Of a DNA stretch of 64,000 nt, positions 27,371 through 39,980 are shown in pieces (positions within the stretch are counted from its first letter, which is position 1; every line of letters starts with the position of its first letter). The position numbers and the translations under genes are program-made. Source of the DNA: Lama glama (lineage: Eukaryota). Location: positions 59,336,001-59,400,000 of the forward strand of contig CM052816.1 in the NCBI GenBank assembly GCA_028534125.1, in the 5' to 3' direction. Below the pieces are notes generated by a model. The model made no database searches and had not been told where the DNA came from. It was given only the letters and a program-made list of their open reading frames with translations.

Positions 27371-28113
27371 AGCAGGAAACGAATCTCGAGTTACTGTCAG
27401 ACTTGGTATGTTAGTCATTGTTGCCATGACCGTAATGACTTATGAGCCCCTCTCATCTCCATCACTAGACCATGCCTACATGTTAAGTGAGTGTCATATA
27501 CATGCAAAATGGCCTCATTGTAAATTCATCTGGCCATCAAAAACAAAGAGGCAGGTTATCTCAGATTAAGATGGTTTATATATATGGACTTGATGCTATA
27601 GTGGCAAACCAGAATCTGGAGTGAAGCTTCGTTCCCCGTCTAGAGCCCCATGTTACCACTGCCTGATGCCTAGTTCCTGTGTCCCTGCACTGCAGCTCTT
27701 CAAAATATGCAGACTGTAGAACAGAGACAAAACCAGACACCTTCAGAAACCATAGTTTGTGAAGAACAATTCTGAAGGTTTGGGAATTGATGATGAAGGA
27801 GAGGGATGGAGGAACAGAGGACACTACATTTTCTTAGAGCATGAACATGCCCTGAAATGACATCCCCGAGAACTTTCTTTTCCTCATTAAGGATATAGTG
27901 AAATTAGGTAAATGACATTGAACCATCACTCATGTGACCACTCTTAAGTGTTTTTCTCACTTTACAAAAATGAGATGAAGTGAAAGGCGGTGAGTGGGGA
28001 CCAGTGAAACAGAAGCAACATTTATCAACCAAAAGAGCAAGAGGGCAGTTTAAAAAATATTTCTTAGGTGATCATTGAAAATTTCAAACCATAACTTAAG
28101 TTTCAAAACAACC

Positions 28114-28119
28114 TTTATT
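28114..28119 (-). terminator. Distal polyadenylation signal AATAAA
   Basis: tttatt on the plus strand; followed on the minus strand by U/GU-rich sequence (ggttgttttg...ttatggtttg). Confidence 0.7.
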
Positions 28120-28297
28120 CTGTTTGAAGACCTAATACAATGCATTAAAGCAACTTAAAACAAGACATAGCTCCACTGAATCTATAGCTTGAACAAAATG
28201 TCAAGGAGGCACAGTCCCCCCGCCCTCCCCCCCAGGTGCCTTGTAAAGGCAAAATTACAGCTGACCATGACATCCTCCCTCTCGTCAAAAGACCAAC

Positions 28298-28303
28298 TTT
28301 ATT
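28298..28303 (-). terminator. Second candidate polyadenylation signal AATAAA
   Basis: tttatt on the plus strand, 184 bp upstream (transcript sense) of the distal signal. Confidence 0.5.
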
Positions 28304-31300
28304 TGAACAATGTCATAGAAACAGATTTGTAAAAACATCGAACAGATCATAGCTTTAAAAAATACACACATATAAATGAGTTTTTTTGTTTGTTTTGCTT
28401 TTTTTTTTTTTAATAGCAGCATCCTGGGCAGCTAATGCTATCTCATGGTGACAAGTTCAGTATTAAGTTGGATAGTGTTTCCAATGAACCCAATTCTGTT
28501 CCCCTCTTGACTCATACATAATACTAGTAATTTATGTAACTAGATTTAAAAAAACCAAAAAAACCAAGAATTTGGCATTTTGGAACTTTGTCCCATGTGA
28601 GGCATTGTGCTTTAAACTGCCCCTTTCTTAAATGACCTTGAACTCAGATTTCAGGGTCTGCTTTCCAACTGACTTGGATACCATGCATAGCAAAAGCACA
28701 GTTGTTAGAACCAGCAGAATTTTTCTCCCAATAAGGAACATCAGTAGGACTTCCGAAACACATGACTAGTTCATAACCAGCTACGTGACAAAGCAATGGG
28801 TTCCCCACAGTGACAGCTCACATCAACACATTTTGACTTGACACACTGAAAGCAAGGATTTCCAAGTTCAGCGAGTCATGAGACCAGCTCCTCCAGGAGT
28901 CACTTTTAAACAGAAAAAAGCCAAAGAATTATGAACTTCTCACGTCACTTGCAAACAACTTTCACCTTTATAAGACAAAGCAACTTCAAAGGGAAAAAAC
29001 AACCCACACACAGATACAAGAATTGTACTAGATATTGGCTTCTTATGTACTTGAACTCAACGACTGTGGATCTGTTTGGCTGAAAGGTGTACTGGAAACA
29101 CAGTCCATGCGCATATACACATATATACATATACCAAGGGCCAAGAGGTTGTCTGATGTTGCAAACACAAGCTTTTCGCCTTTGCACATGGTTCTGATTT
29201 TTCTGTCGTATGACATTAGGTCCCAATATCCTGCTAATACAGCCCTATCACAGCCTCTCTGCAGCTTAGCTTCTGGCTTTTATCTTGAGGACGCTACACT
29301 GGGTGGAGAAAATCACTGCATGGATATAAGCATGGATCAGGAGTGCCTCTGCTATATTCATTCATAAGCCACTGAGACAATGTTGTTAGGAGATGAATGA
29401 TTGGACTCAAGAGAGCCCTGCTGGTCCAGCATCTACAAGGACACATGTGGTGGGCATGCTATACACAATCAAAAAGGCATCTGGCAGAGGTGCAACGTCA
29501 TAGGTAAGGTGTAACTCACTGTGACCTGAAACAATGAATCCTGCCTTTCTGGTCAAGGAAAAGTCTATTGCATTTCTGCTCGTGAGATGCAAAACTAAGG
29601 CAAGTGCCTAAATCCCACACCACCTTGTGAAGAGTGTTGAAGCAAAAACATGAACAAGACTGTAGCTTTTCAATGAAATAATCCATATCAGATCTCATAT
29701 TTTAGAAATTAAATGAAAGTTACATAACAGCATAGATGGATGTGCTACCAAAAAAAATAAAAAACACCTAGTTTATAAACTACTACTCACTAATTGTTGG
29801 ACTGCTGTGTGACGTGGAAGGATAGTTTGACAGCAGACCCAGAGACTAAAACCAGGGAAATCATCAGTTGTCTGGAGATGAGAGGGATCTGGTCAGATCA
29901 GTATGGTCAAGTTTGAGGGCTGACAGTCCGGCTGTGAGACTGACTATTGCTTTCGATATGAGTAGCTTCATGTAAAAAGAAAAAAAAATACATTCTGCAG
30001 TTGATTAAGTCAGCTGCTAGATGGATTCTTTTAAAAGCATTTTAAAAGGAGCAACATTAAAAAAGAAAACAAACCCCCTCACCCTGGTATGTGAAAGAGA
30101 AATGAAGCTGTGGTGAATCTCATGTTGAGCAAGGAAAACTGAAGTTGTAAGATTCCATTTGCATCTCCCAGGGTGGTGACCATGATGATAATTCCCTTTA
30201 CTCTTCCCAACTCAGGTACAATTCCCACTGAACTGAAAAGCGTTGGCGTATGTAAATCAGGGAGAGAGACCTCGAGCTCTTGCCTTAAGTTGGAAAGAAT
30301 TTTCTAACAACCCTCTCCTTTGCCCCACAGTGAAGTGCAACACATACAGTTATTTGGATGCGTGAGGACTGTTAGGATTCTTACAATGGCCATGACTTGA
30401 ACAAGTTCCCCACAGCCTGGGGCAGTAACAATTCTGATGATGTCTGTTTGCATTATGATCTAAATTGAATAGAAAGCTAGGAAAAAATAACAAATGTCCA
30501 GATGAAGAGAGATTTTTCAGCTCATGCTTTTTCTAAAATGGATGTTTGGTGGTTGTAATGGGTAGTCAATGTGAGAGACAGGTTTTCTCAATGCAGTGGT
30601 GACACCTTGAAATCAGTGTGTCAAACAGGGATGAACACTGTTCCAGGAGCCCCCAATTACCCCTGCCTCCCTAAGAAAGAACTGAACTATCTGACCAGCT
30701 GCACTGTTAGCGTTCTAGTAGGTTTGTAATTGTCCTTAGGGTTTGAGTAGCAGATCCAAGTGGGAAAAGACTTCACTTTGCAGTGATTCACTTCTCCGTA
30801 ATCACAAGAAAGTGCGTGCCATTCGCCACCCCTCCCCCACCCCACCTGTACATCCCTTGCTCTATCCCCTCCCTAGATTCAAGAAGTTCACAATTCTTGA
30901 TGAAACAAACATTGCCAGGTACCGTATTTTAAGTCTTGAAACATTGTTGAACTCAGCGATACTTTGTCATATTCATATATCTTTCTCTCTCTCTCTCTCT
31001 TTATTGAATAAAGCAGCTTTGAAGCTTATCAGGCACTGCCCAACAAAACATTTAGTCCAAAAAAATCTGTTATGAACTTTTTAAACTTGGGCTAACAGCC
31101 AAGTACTCTGTACAAGAAAAACTGTAAAATATTTCATAGTTTTAATTCTGAAGCCATTTTTTTTTAAACTGGCATCCTGTACATTTAGTCTTAAAAAAAA
31201 AGGAAATGAGTAACAAAATTGAATATTAACAAAAAAAAACCAAGGACAGTATTTTCAAGCAACAAAAATGGGGATGGGGGAAGCTTATTCTGAAGGTACA

Positions 31301-31649
31301 TTGATAACAGATAACAATGAAAATGAAGGATTGCATAGCACTGTGAAGTTAGCCTTCAGCAAAACACAACAGAAGCTATTTGGTATTGATACAAATCCAT
31401 CTACTTGATAGTTAGTCATCCAATATTATGTACATATTTTATATACTAAATGTCATTCATAAGTCCTGTTTTCTTAGCTCCGTTTTTTTGTTTTGAAGAC
31501 TTTAAACAACACACTTTCTGGTACGTGGCTATGATAGAATTTCCTCTTAACAGATGACATGAGCCGACGTCCCTCAAAGTGTCCCTGGTGCCCGGAAGTG
31601 CCTTTCTGCTACATATCAGTTCATTTGTTAAGAAAATGAAATAATCCAC

Positions 31650-32620
<971 letters not shown>

Positions 32621-33130
32621 CTCCTGTATTACTCTGCTTAAATGGAGGTAGTGCCTCGACTACAAAGTACCGAGGGTGCTCCCTAAACTATTCTGAAAGA
32701 AACAAGGAAAAATATGCCGCATAACGGACACGTCTTCTCCAGGGGGCTTTATCTCAACGACAGTGACCAGGGTCCCTTCTCTTACTGTCTTCACCTGTTC
32801 CTGACGGGGACTTCACCTGAGGATGGTGCTTTCACGGGAATTACCCTCCAACTATTCGGGAGCCAAAAACAAAAACCAAGCACTGCTACTTCCACTTCAC
32901 GAGAAGGAGTTGCTAAATTGCTGCCCAAGCCCCCGACTAAACAACAGGTTTCTTTCTGTTTGACCCTATTAACAGATACTCCTGCCTCAACGTGAAAATG
33001 CTGTTTTATTTCCTCTTTATTATTAAGATAACCAACCTTGGAGGCAAGGATCTGAAAAAGTTGACTGACTGACTGACTGACAACACCCCCTTGAGAGGCT
33101 TGACAAGAACCAGCCGCTGGAGATACGTAC

Positions 33131-33301
33131 ACCACAGAGCAGGCGTAGCAGCCCTGCTTGCTGCTTTCCCGGACCAGAAAAGTTCCGTCTCGTTTCCCCC
33201 GTAGTAGGTTTTCGGCTTTGTTTCGGTTGCTGCTTCCCACGTTCCAGGTCTTCTCATCGTGGTGGGGCAAATCCTCGTCATCTTCTACCAGCGAATATTG
33301 G
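33131..33301 (-). CDS. PIK3R1: PIK3R1 exon 15 (171 bp), cSH2 with FLVRES motif: (D)[56 protein letters not shown](V)
   Basis: Acceptor cttag|C, donor GGT|gtacgt; within ORF 32791..33414. Confidence 0.98.
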
Positions 33302-33974
33302 CTAAGGAGGCAGGAGAGATTTCCACATGAAGCACCTGGGAGCCACAAGCCTGCCCGCTCACCTCTTGGACCTTGGTCCTGGGCCTCCCACGAGCAGGTC
33401 AGGCCAGCGATCATGGTTCTGACTCAACCAGTGTCTCTGGCCTGAGTTGCCTCATGGGGGTTGGCTTTCAGCGTAGCCTCCCTGAACAAAGAGCAGCACT
33501 AAGGGACGCTCTTTCCTGTTTCCAAGTCGGCAACGCCGCTCAGCGACCTGGGCCGAGAGGAGGGGTGTTCACCAATCCTGTCTGTCCAGTCTGGATCAGG
33601 AAACTGACTGACTAGGAGGAATGCCAGTTTTGAAATAACTGAAACAAAACCTATACCTGAGCTTTAAAAAATATACTGAAGTTGTCTTTTTCTCCCCCCA
33701 GCTTGTTCCCAAAATATGTTGGGATGTTTCAGATGGTTCCGGGACATCATTTTGGACACGGCATCACTTTCAAGTGCTGCGGGGGGAAAATGAATCTGCA
33801 TTCTCCTTTGCTAAACTTTCCTCTCTTAAAATTCTGGGTAATGAGGCTTGAGTTGATACATCTTCTCCTGTGAGACGTTCCAGCCCTCACTTGTTCTGCA
33901 GACAAAGCAAGTCATGCATTTTCCCTCCAATGAAAAGAGACCCTGGCTGCCGCCCGCCTGGATTAACTACTTAC

Positions 33975-34043
33975 TCTTCAGTGTTCTCATTGCCCAGCCA
34001 CTCGTTCAGCTTCTTCTGCCGAACACCTTTCTGAGTCAACCAC
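33975..34043 (-). CDS. PIK3R1: PIK3R1 exon 14 (69 bp): (M)WLTQKGVRQKKLNEWLGNENTE(D)
   Basis: Acceptor tccag|G, donor AGA|gtaagt. Confidence 0.97.
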
Positions 34044-34093
34044 CTGGAAAAGTTTTAAAAAGAAAACACATTAAGAACCTGTGCTTCACTTTA

Positions 34094-34381
<288 letters not shown>

Positions 34382-34524
34382 CTAAGGATTCCCAGCAGTT
34401 TCCCTGGGGGAAAGAATGCTTTCTCTTCTGTCATTTCACAGAAATCAAGACCAGCTTTAAAGAGGGTAAGAGAATTCTGGTGATCTCTGGCACAAGGGCA
34501 CTTCAAACCCTCCTGCTTCACTCA

Positions 34525-34692
<168 letters not shown>

Positions 34693-34949
34693 TCATTCCT
34701 TTTGCGGAACAATTTCTCATTGCAAGGTGCTACCATCTAGCAGGTAAGTAGTTTGTAAGCAGGGTGGGATTCTAATTCATTAAGCCCCTTAAATCTTCCC
34801 AGTCTATGGAAGATGATGGCTGGTCAGTGTTCTACAATTTGCATCTTTGAAAAAATTTCCACTTTCTCAGCAGTTCATGGCATCCTGCTCCCTCTGGTGG
34901 TCCCAGGCACGTGATGGCCTAAGGAAGAGCAAGTCTCCAGGAGAAGACA

Positions 34950-35449
34950 NNNNNNNNNNNNNNNNNNNNNNNNNNNNNNNNNNNNNNNNNNNNNNNNNNN
35001 NNNNNNNNNNNNNNNNNNNNNNNNNNNNNNNNNNNNNNNNNNNNNNNNNNNNNNNNNNNNNNNNNNNNNNNNNNNNNNNNNNNNNNNNNNNNNNNNNNNN
35101 NNNNNNNNNNNNNNNNNNNNNNNNNNNNNNNNNNNNNNNNNNNNNNNNNNNNNNNNNNNNNNNNNNNNNNNNNNNNNNNNNNNNNNNNNNNNNNNNNNNN
35201 NNNNNNNNNNNNNNNNNNNNNNNNNNNNNNNNNNNNNNNNNNNNNNNNNNNNNNNNNNNNNNNNNNNNNNNNNNNNNNNNNNNNNNNNNNNNNNNNNNNN
35301 NNNNNNNNNNNNNNNNNNNNNNNNNNNNNNNNNNNNNNNNNNNNNNNNNNNNNNNNNNNNNNNNNNNNNNNNNNNNNNNNNNNNNNNNNNNNNNNNNNNN
35401 NNNNNNNNNNNNNNNNNNNNNNNNNNNNNNNNNNNNNNNNNNNNNNNNN
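34950..35449. other. Assembly gap (500 N placeholder) hiding PIK3R1 exons 9-11
   Basis: Run of exactly 500 N between exon 8 and exon 12; the nSH2 exons are absent from the flanking sequence. Confidence 0.95.
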
Positions 35450-35822
35450 AGCAGCAGCTTAGACTCAAAATTTACTACGTGTTAAGATAGATAGTAACAC
35501 TAATTCTTGGCATTTCTATCTAATAGAGAAAGTGACTTCACACTCTGCCTTTAGGGAGTCCACTGCACCCTGCTGCTTCCCTGACATCTCTGTCAATAAT
35601 GAAACTTTACGGGGATTTAATTTCCTGTGGCATCCAGTACCCACAGTTCCCTGGTGCTCAGTGACTTCTCTGGTCTTCTTTGGAAGGGAACCAACTATGC
35701 TTCATGCTTATGTTGGATGAGATCCTAAAAATGGAACTTAGCAAGCTGGTGCTTTTGCTTTTCTTTCTATTCATCTAAAACTCCCTGTCTCTAGTGAAAA
35801 CTCAGGAGTTTCTATAGCCTTA

Positions 35823-35933
<111 letters not shown>

Positions 35934-37319
35934 TTAAGGAGAAGGAAAAAGTTTTTGCAATCCCAACTAAACATTTAAAATTAGACTTCAGTTTCTTTAA
36001 TATTTTTTAAACATTTTCATGCAGAAAAGATATTAACTATGAAATATAGCAATAATGCACAATTCCATGAAACTTTTCTTAAAAAAAAACAAAAAAAATC
36101 AGAAGTCTTTCAGCCTACAGATCAAAATTTTAAAAAAGAGCTTAGAGACCAACAAATAAAATGGGCTAGCCATGTGAATGAATTTCAAAGTAAAACCAGA
36201 GTTACAACATTTTCTACCTCTAGGCTCAAGCAGTATTAAAGTTTCATATCTGGTCAAATCTCTCTAAAGAAACTACGAACAGAATCACAGGAGGAATCAC
36301 ATGGATTGGTTTTAATTTCCTCCTCTTATTTAATTATAAAAGACAAATTTGGTTCCTGCCCTCCACAAATGTTCATGCGGTAAAAAAAAAAAAAGCCCAT
36401 CTACAGCAATGTTTTAAGAGGAGGAACTGGGTTTCCCCTCATGGTTCTGCCAAAAGCCACTTTAAGAAACTCATCTGTGACCTAAATCTTAGTATTCATG
36501 TTAATAATTCTCTTGGATAACTGGGCTTTGTATTATGCCAAGACTGACTAAAAAACCATATCCCTCTTCCTCAATGTCAAATCAGTATTCATATACCAAC
36601 TAGTGACAAATAGAGACGGCAGGGTTTCTGAATTTCTTAATTGGGAGAAAGGCTAACATGGGAATAACAATTCAGAAAGCAAAATAGAATTTGGCTCAAC
36701 ATCCGAGACCTAAGTCATAAGTTATAAAGCACTGTTACTGTTTTAAGCAAAAATTATTTCAGGAGTCTATCAGGAATACTTCATACAGACAGGGACTAAA
36801 TAATGGAAAGCCAACTTCTTTTCTCATTCTAGTATTTTAATATAAGAGAGCAGGCAAAGTCTCAACATCTGATTAAGAACAGTTTCAGGGCACCCAGAAC
36901 TGAGTTGCAGTCACTGCTACACTTGACATGCTGTCTGAAGAACCACACTGTGCGCACCCGCTTTCAGCAGAGAAAAGCAGCACCGAGGGTGCATCCTTTT
37001 AATTCAAGGAACGATATACAACAGTATAACCCCAAACAGCAAACGACCTCAATTAACAAAAGGTACCAGTGAAAAACTGGAAGTGAGTTTCTATCCATTC
37101 AACTACGAGTAAGCATTTACCCCCCCCCCAGCCTGACCTGCTTCCTTCCACAGGCAGTCAAACAATTTGTTTCATTTTCACGCTATGAGCAAACTCATTC
37201 TTAAATTCGAACAAATTAATAAAAACAGAAGTCCGAAGAGGATCTGTTACCAGTAGTTGTCAAAAAAAATTAAATGCCACAAAATTAACTAGTTTTCTAC
37301 AAGAATACTGCAGTATTAC

Positions 37320-37425
37320 CTGGTGGATCCATTTCTATATAAAACATCAAGTCTGTGCCACAATTTATATCTGTCTTAGCATAGTCTAAATCCAGCTCTT
37401 CCATATTCCAAACAGTGTTGTACAT
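37320..37425 (-). CDS. PIK3R1: Coding part of p55alpha alternative first exon: MYNTVWNMEELDLDYAKTDINCGTDLMFYIEMDPP(A)
   Basis: ATG at 37425-37423, donor CAG|gtaata, phase 1; matches the known p55alpha/p55gamma-type N-terminal peptide. Confidence 0.96.
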
Positions 37426-37499
37426 TTGTGCGAGAGTTTCCTTGGCTGAGCTCAGTTATAAGAAAAGAGTCCGGCTTTCTTTGTAATGGTGTCTTGGAA

Positions 37500-37570
37500 T
37501 TCATTTTAAAACCTATAAGGGGCTGCACTGTAACCTATTACATCACACAGCCCAGCCAATCAAGTCAGAA
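37500..37570 (-). promoter_or_regulatory. Candidate p55alpha core promoter
   Basis: NF-Y-type AGCCAATCA at ~37554-37562 and TATA-like CTTATAGG (minus strand) at ~37512-37519, about 90-135 bp 5' of the p55alpha ATG; not a CpG island. Confidence 0.5.
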
Positions 37571-39335
37571 AAATGTCACCAGACCACTCCTGCTTCATCA
37601 CTTCTCTTCTCTACCAGCCTTACCACAGCCCCGACCTCACGGAGAACCTACGTTTTAAAGAACCGCAATGTATACATGCTCATCGTTTCAAAAGGTGTTT
37701 AATTTGACTGTTCTTCTCTAGCCGTGAGTTTTCTAATTCCTTTTTTATTGCTCCTTGCAGCATGGTGAGCGCTGCTGTTGGCAGGTTGACAAAAGCTGAT
37801 ACGCTGCAGCACGTAGCTTTTTTTTTTTTTTTCTCTTCCCCAGTGCATCTGGATTTACAGATACCCTGGTCATTTCTTGGTTTAAAAATCTTAAAAAGGC
37901 ATCAAAATGGTATACTTAAGATATATTTTACAGTCCTAAAATGCCTCCCACATTATTAAAAGCAGTAAGGATCAAGAGCCCTGGCTATTTAATTTCAGTC
38001 CTCCATAATTCACTGCAAACTCAGAACTGAAACACTATCACAAATGCACTACATTAGCAAGCACAATTAAAAGAAAAGGTATAGGCAAAAATCTATATTA
38101 AACACTGTTAAGTTAAAACTAGACTTGACAGAATATGGAATGAAAATTCCCCCCAAAAGAGCCATATATATGTATCAGAATGCAGAGGACAGGCAGTTAC
38201 CCTTGCAAAGTATTTCTCACTGATGACCCCCATCCTCAGATTTATTTTACTAACACTACTTGAAGGGGGTGGGTGATGTAATCACTTTGGGGGGGGTCAT
38301 TTTTCCCCTCCATCTCAAATGCCCCCCCCCCTTAGGGGACAAATATTCCTTCTTAGCACTATTTAATGTAAGGAAATCAATTCCCCTATAAATCTAAATT
38401 AATGTTAGTTCTTCTATCACGAGAGGAGAGGAAGGGAGAAAAGGTTCCCCTCCACCCATGTAAATGTGGCTGATTTTAAAAACCACAGGGGGCTCTGTGA
38501 TGTATGTACATGTGCCTGCCACATATTTCTATGACAATTTAAATAAAGAACACAGAAGCCCATGAAATTTATTCTTAGACTTTCTGTCAAATTTGGAATC
38601 ATAAAATATATAGAAATAGCAGAGCAAAGGCAGGACATTCTCAGGGCTGTTCACGTGTCTCTCTTCCAGTTAATTCATTTTCCCATTAAGGAGGAAGGCA
38701 GACTGAACTTCTACCCTCCCACTCACATTTTCTCTTTGCCTAAAGGTTTAAGGAAACCTAAACGCAAATTCAAAGAAAAACGGTAAAAGTGGTGGTAGGG
38801 GGCAGGGTAGCCCTCAGATAATAAAATTCAGGGAAAAAAAATCCTGAGTTTAATAGAAATGTTGACCCTCCCCCCAAAGGACAGGAGACGAGTCCTCCCA
38901 GCAGTGTGGACACCGTGACAGCCCGACAGAGGGCTACCCCATGCCTGTTGGGAGCACTTGGTGCAGACCGGTCCTGCTGCTGGAACCCATGTAGCCAACA
39001 GACCCAGGGAGGAGGGCAGGACAGGTGACTTTACACGTCTCTCCCAGGCCTGGCCAGGCACCACCTTCCAGACCTGCACTTACTAATTACCTCCTTCCCC
39101 ACTTCCAGCCGAAACCCCATCTTTCCCCGGCATTGTGCCCCTCGAGGAAATGGGGGAGTGTCTCCCCTAATCTCTCAGCTATCCTCCCCAGGCAGCGCTA
39201 TCTCTCCCTCCCTGCCCCCCTCCCTCCCTCACACACACAGGAAGACACACCGCAGAAATGAACCTTTCACAGAAGTACCAAAAAAAACTGAAACAGCCAA
39301 GGGGCAGAGAAATGCACAAATGAAAGACAACTTAC

Positions 39336-39351
39336 TTTGCAGGTTATGCAT
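39336..39351 (-). CDS. PIK3R1: Coding part of p50alpha alternative first exon: MHNLQ(T)
   Basis: ATG CAT AAC CTG CAA A|gtaagt. Splicing to exon 8 (CA CTG...) gives MHNLQTLPPKPP, the known p50alpha N-terminus. A CpG island lies directly upstream. Confidence 0.93.
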
Positions 39352-39399
39352 TTCAACGGTTTCCCTTTGCAATGCCCGTCTCCGACAAAGAAAACAAAA

Positions 39400-39980
39400 A
39401 GCAAATCCACAAAGCGGTCCCTCCGGCGCGGCGGCGGCGCAGGACCCTGGGGCTCGGGAGGGACGGCGCGCACCGCCCGCAGCAGCGCCGCTCAGCGCCC
39501 GCCGCCCGTGGAGAAGCCCGCTGCGCGCCGGGCCCGCGCCGGGGAGGGAAAGAGCCTGGGCGCCCGCACGTCCCTCTTAGATAAAGATCGCGGCTTCATG
39601 ATTAACTTGGGCAGGTTCAAATATTTGCTGAGCTAGGGATTTCGGGTGGGGGAGGGGAGCCCAAGTCCAAGGCGAAGTTGTCATCGGCTAACAAGTGGCC
39701 AGTGCCAGCCCGGGGCCTCCTCCCCGCCGAGGAAGTGAGAAGGCCATTGTCGGGGGACCCAAAATAGTCTCTCTCGAGCTGGCTGTGGCGGCGCGCTCGC
39801 CGGCTCGCGGGGCTCAAGTGGCCACAGTGAAGCGAGGCACTATGCGCTGCCAAACACAGGAAGTGGCTGAGCTAGTTCAGCAAAAAATAGAATCAAAGCC
39901 TTGCTTGTAAAGGCCTGAGCCTCTCTCCGAACGGCCCAGAACACGGTGCCTCGTCCACCTCCTCCCACTCACCAGCAGAC
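39400..39980 (-). promoter_or_regulatory. CpG island / internal promoter of p50alpha
   Basis: Dense CG dinucleotides and GC boxes immediately 5' of the p50alpha ATG; ETS cores at 39729-39737 and 39856-39865. Confidence 0.85.

Noticed and set aside
34847..35485. ORFs of ~200 aa
   Set aside because: Artefacts of the N gap.
39158..39910. Several 70-140 aa ORFs at the CpG island
   Set aside because: GC-rich promoter sequence; no splice or homology support beyond the 16-nt p50alpha coding segment.
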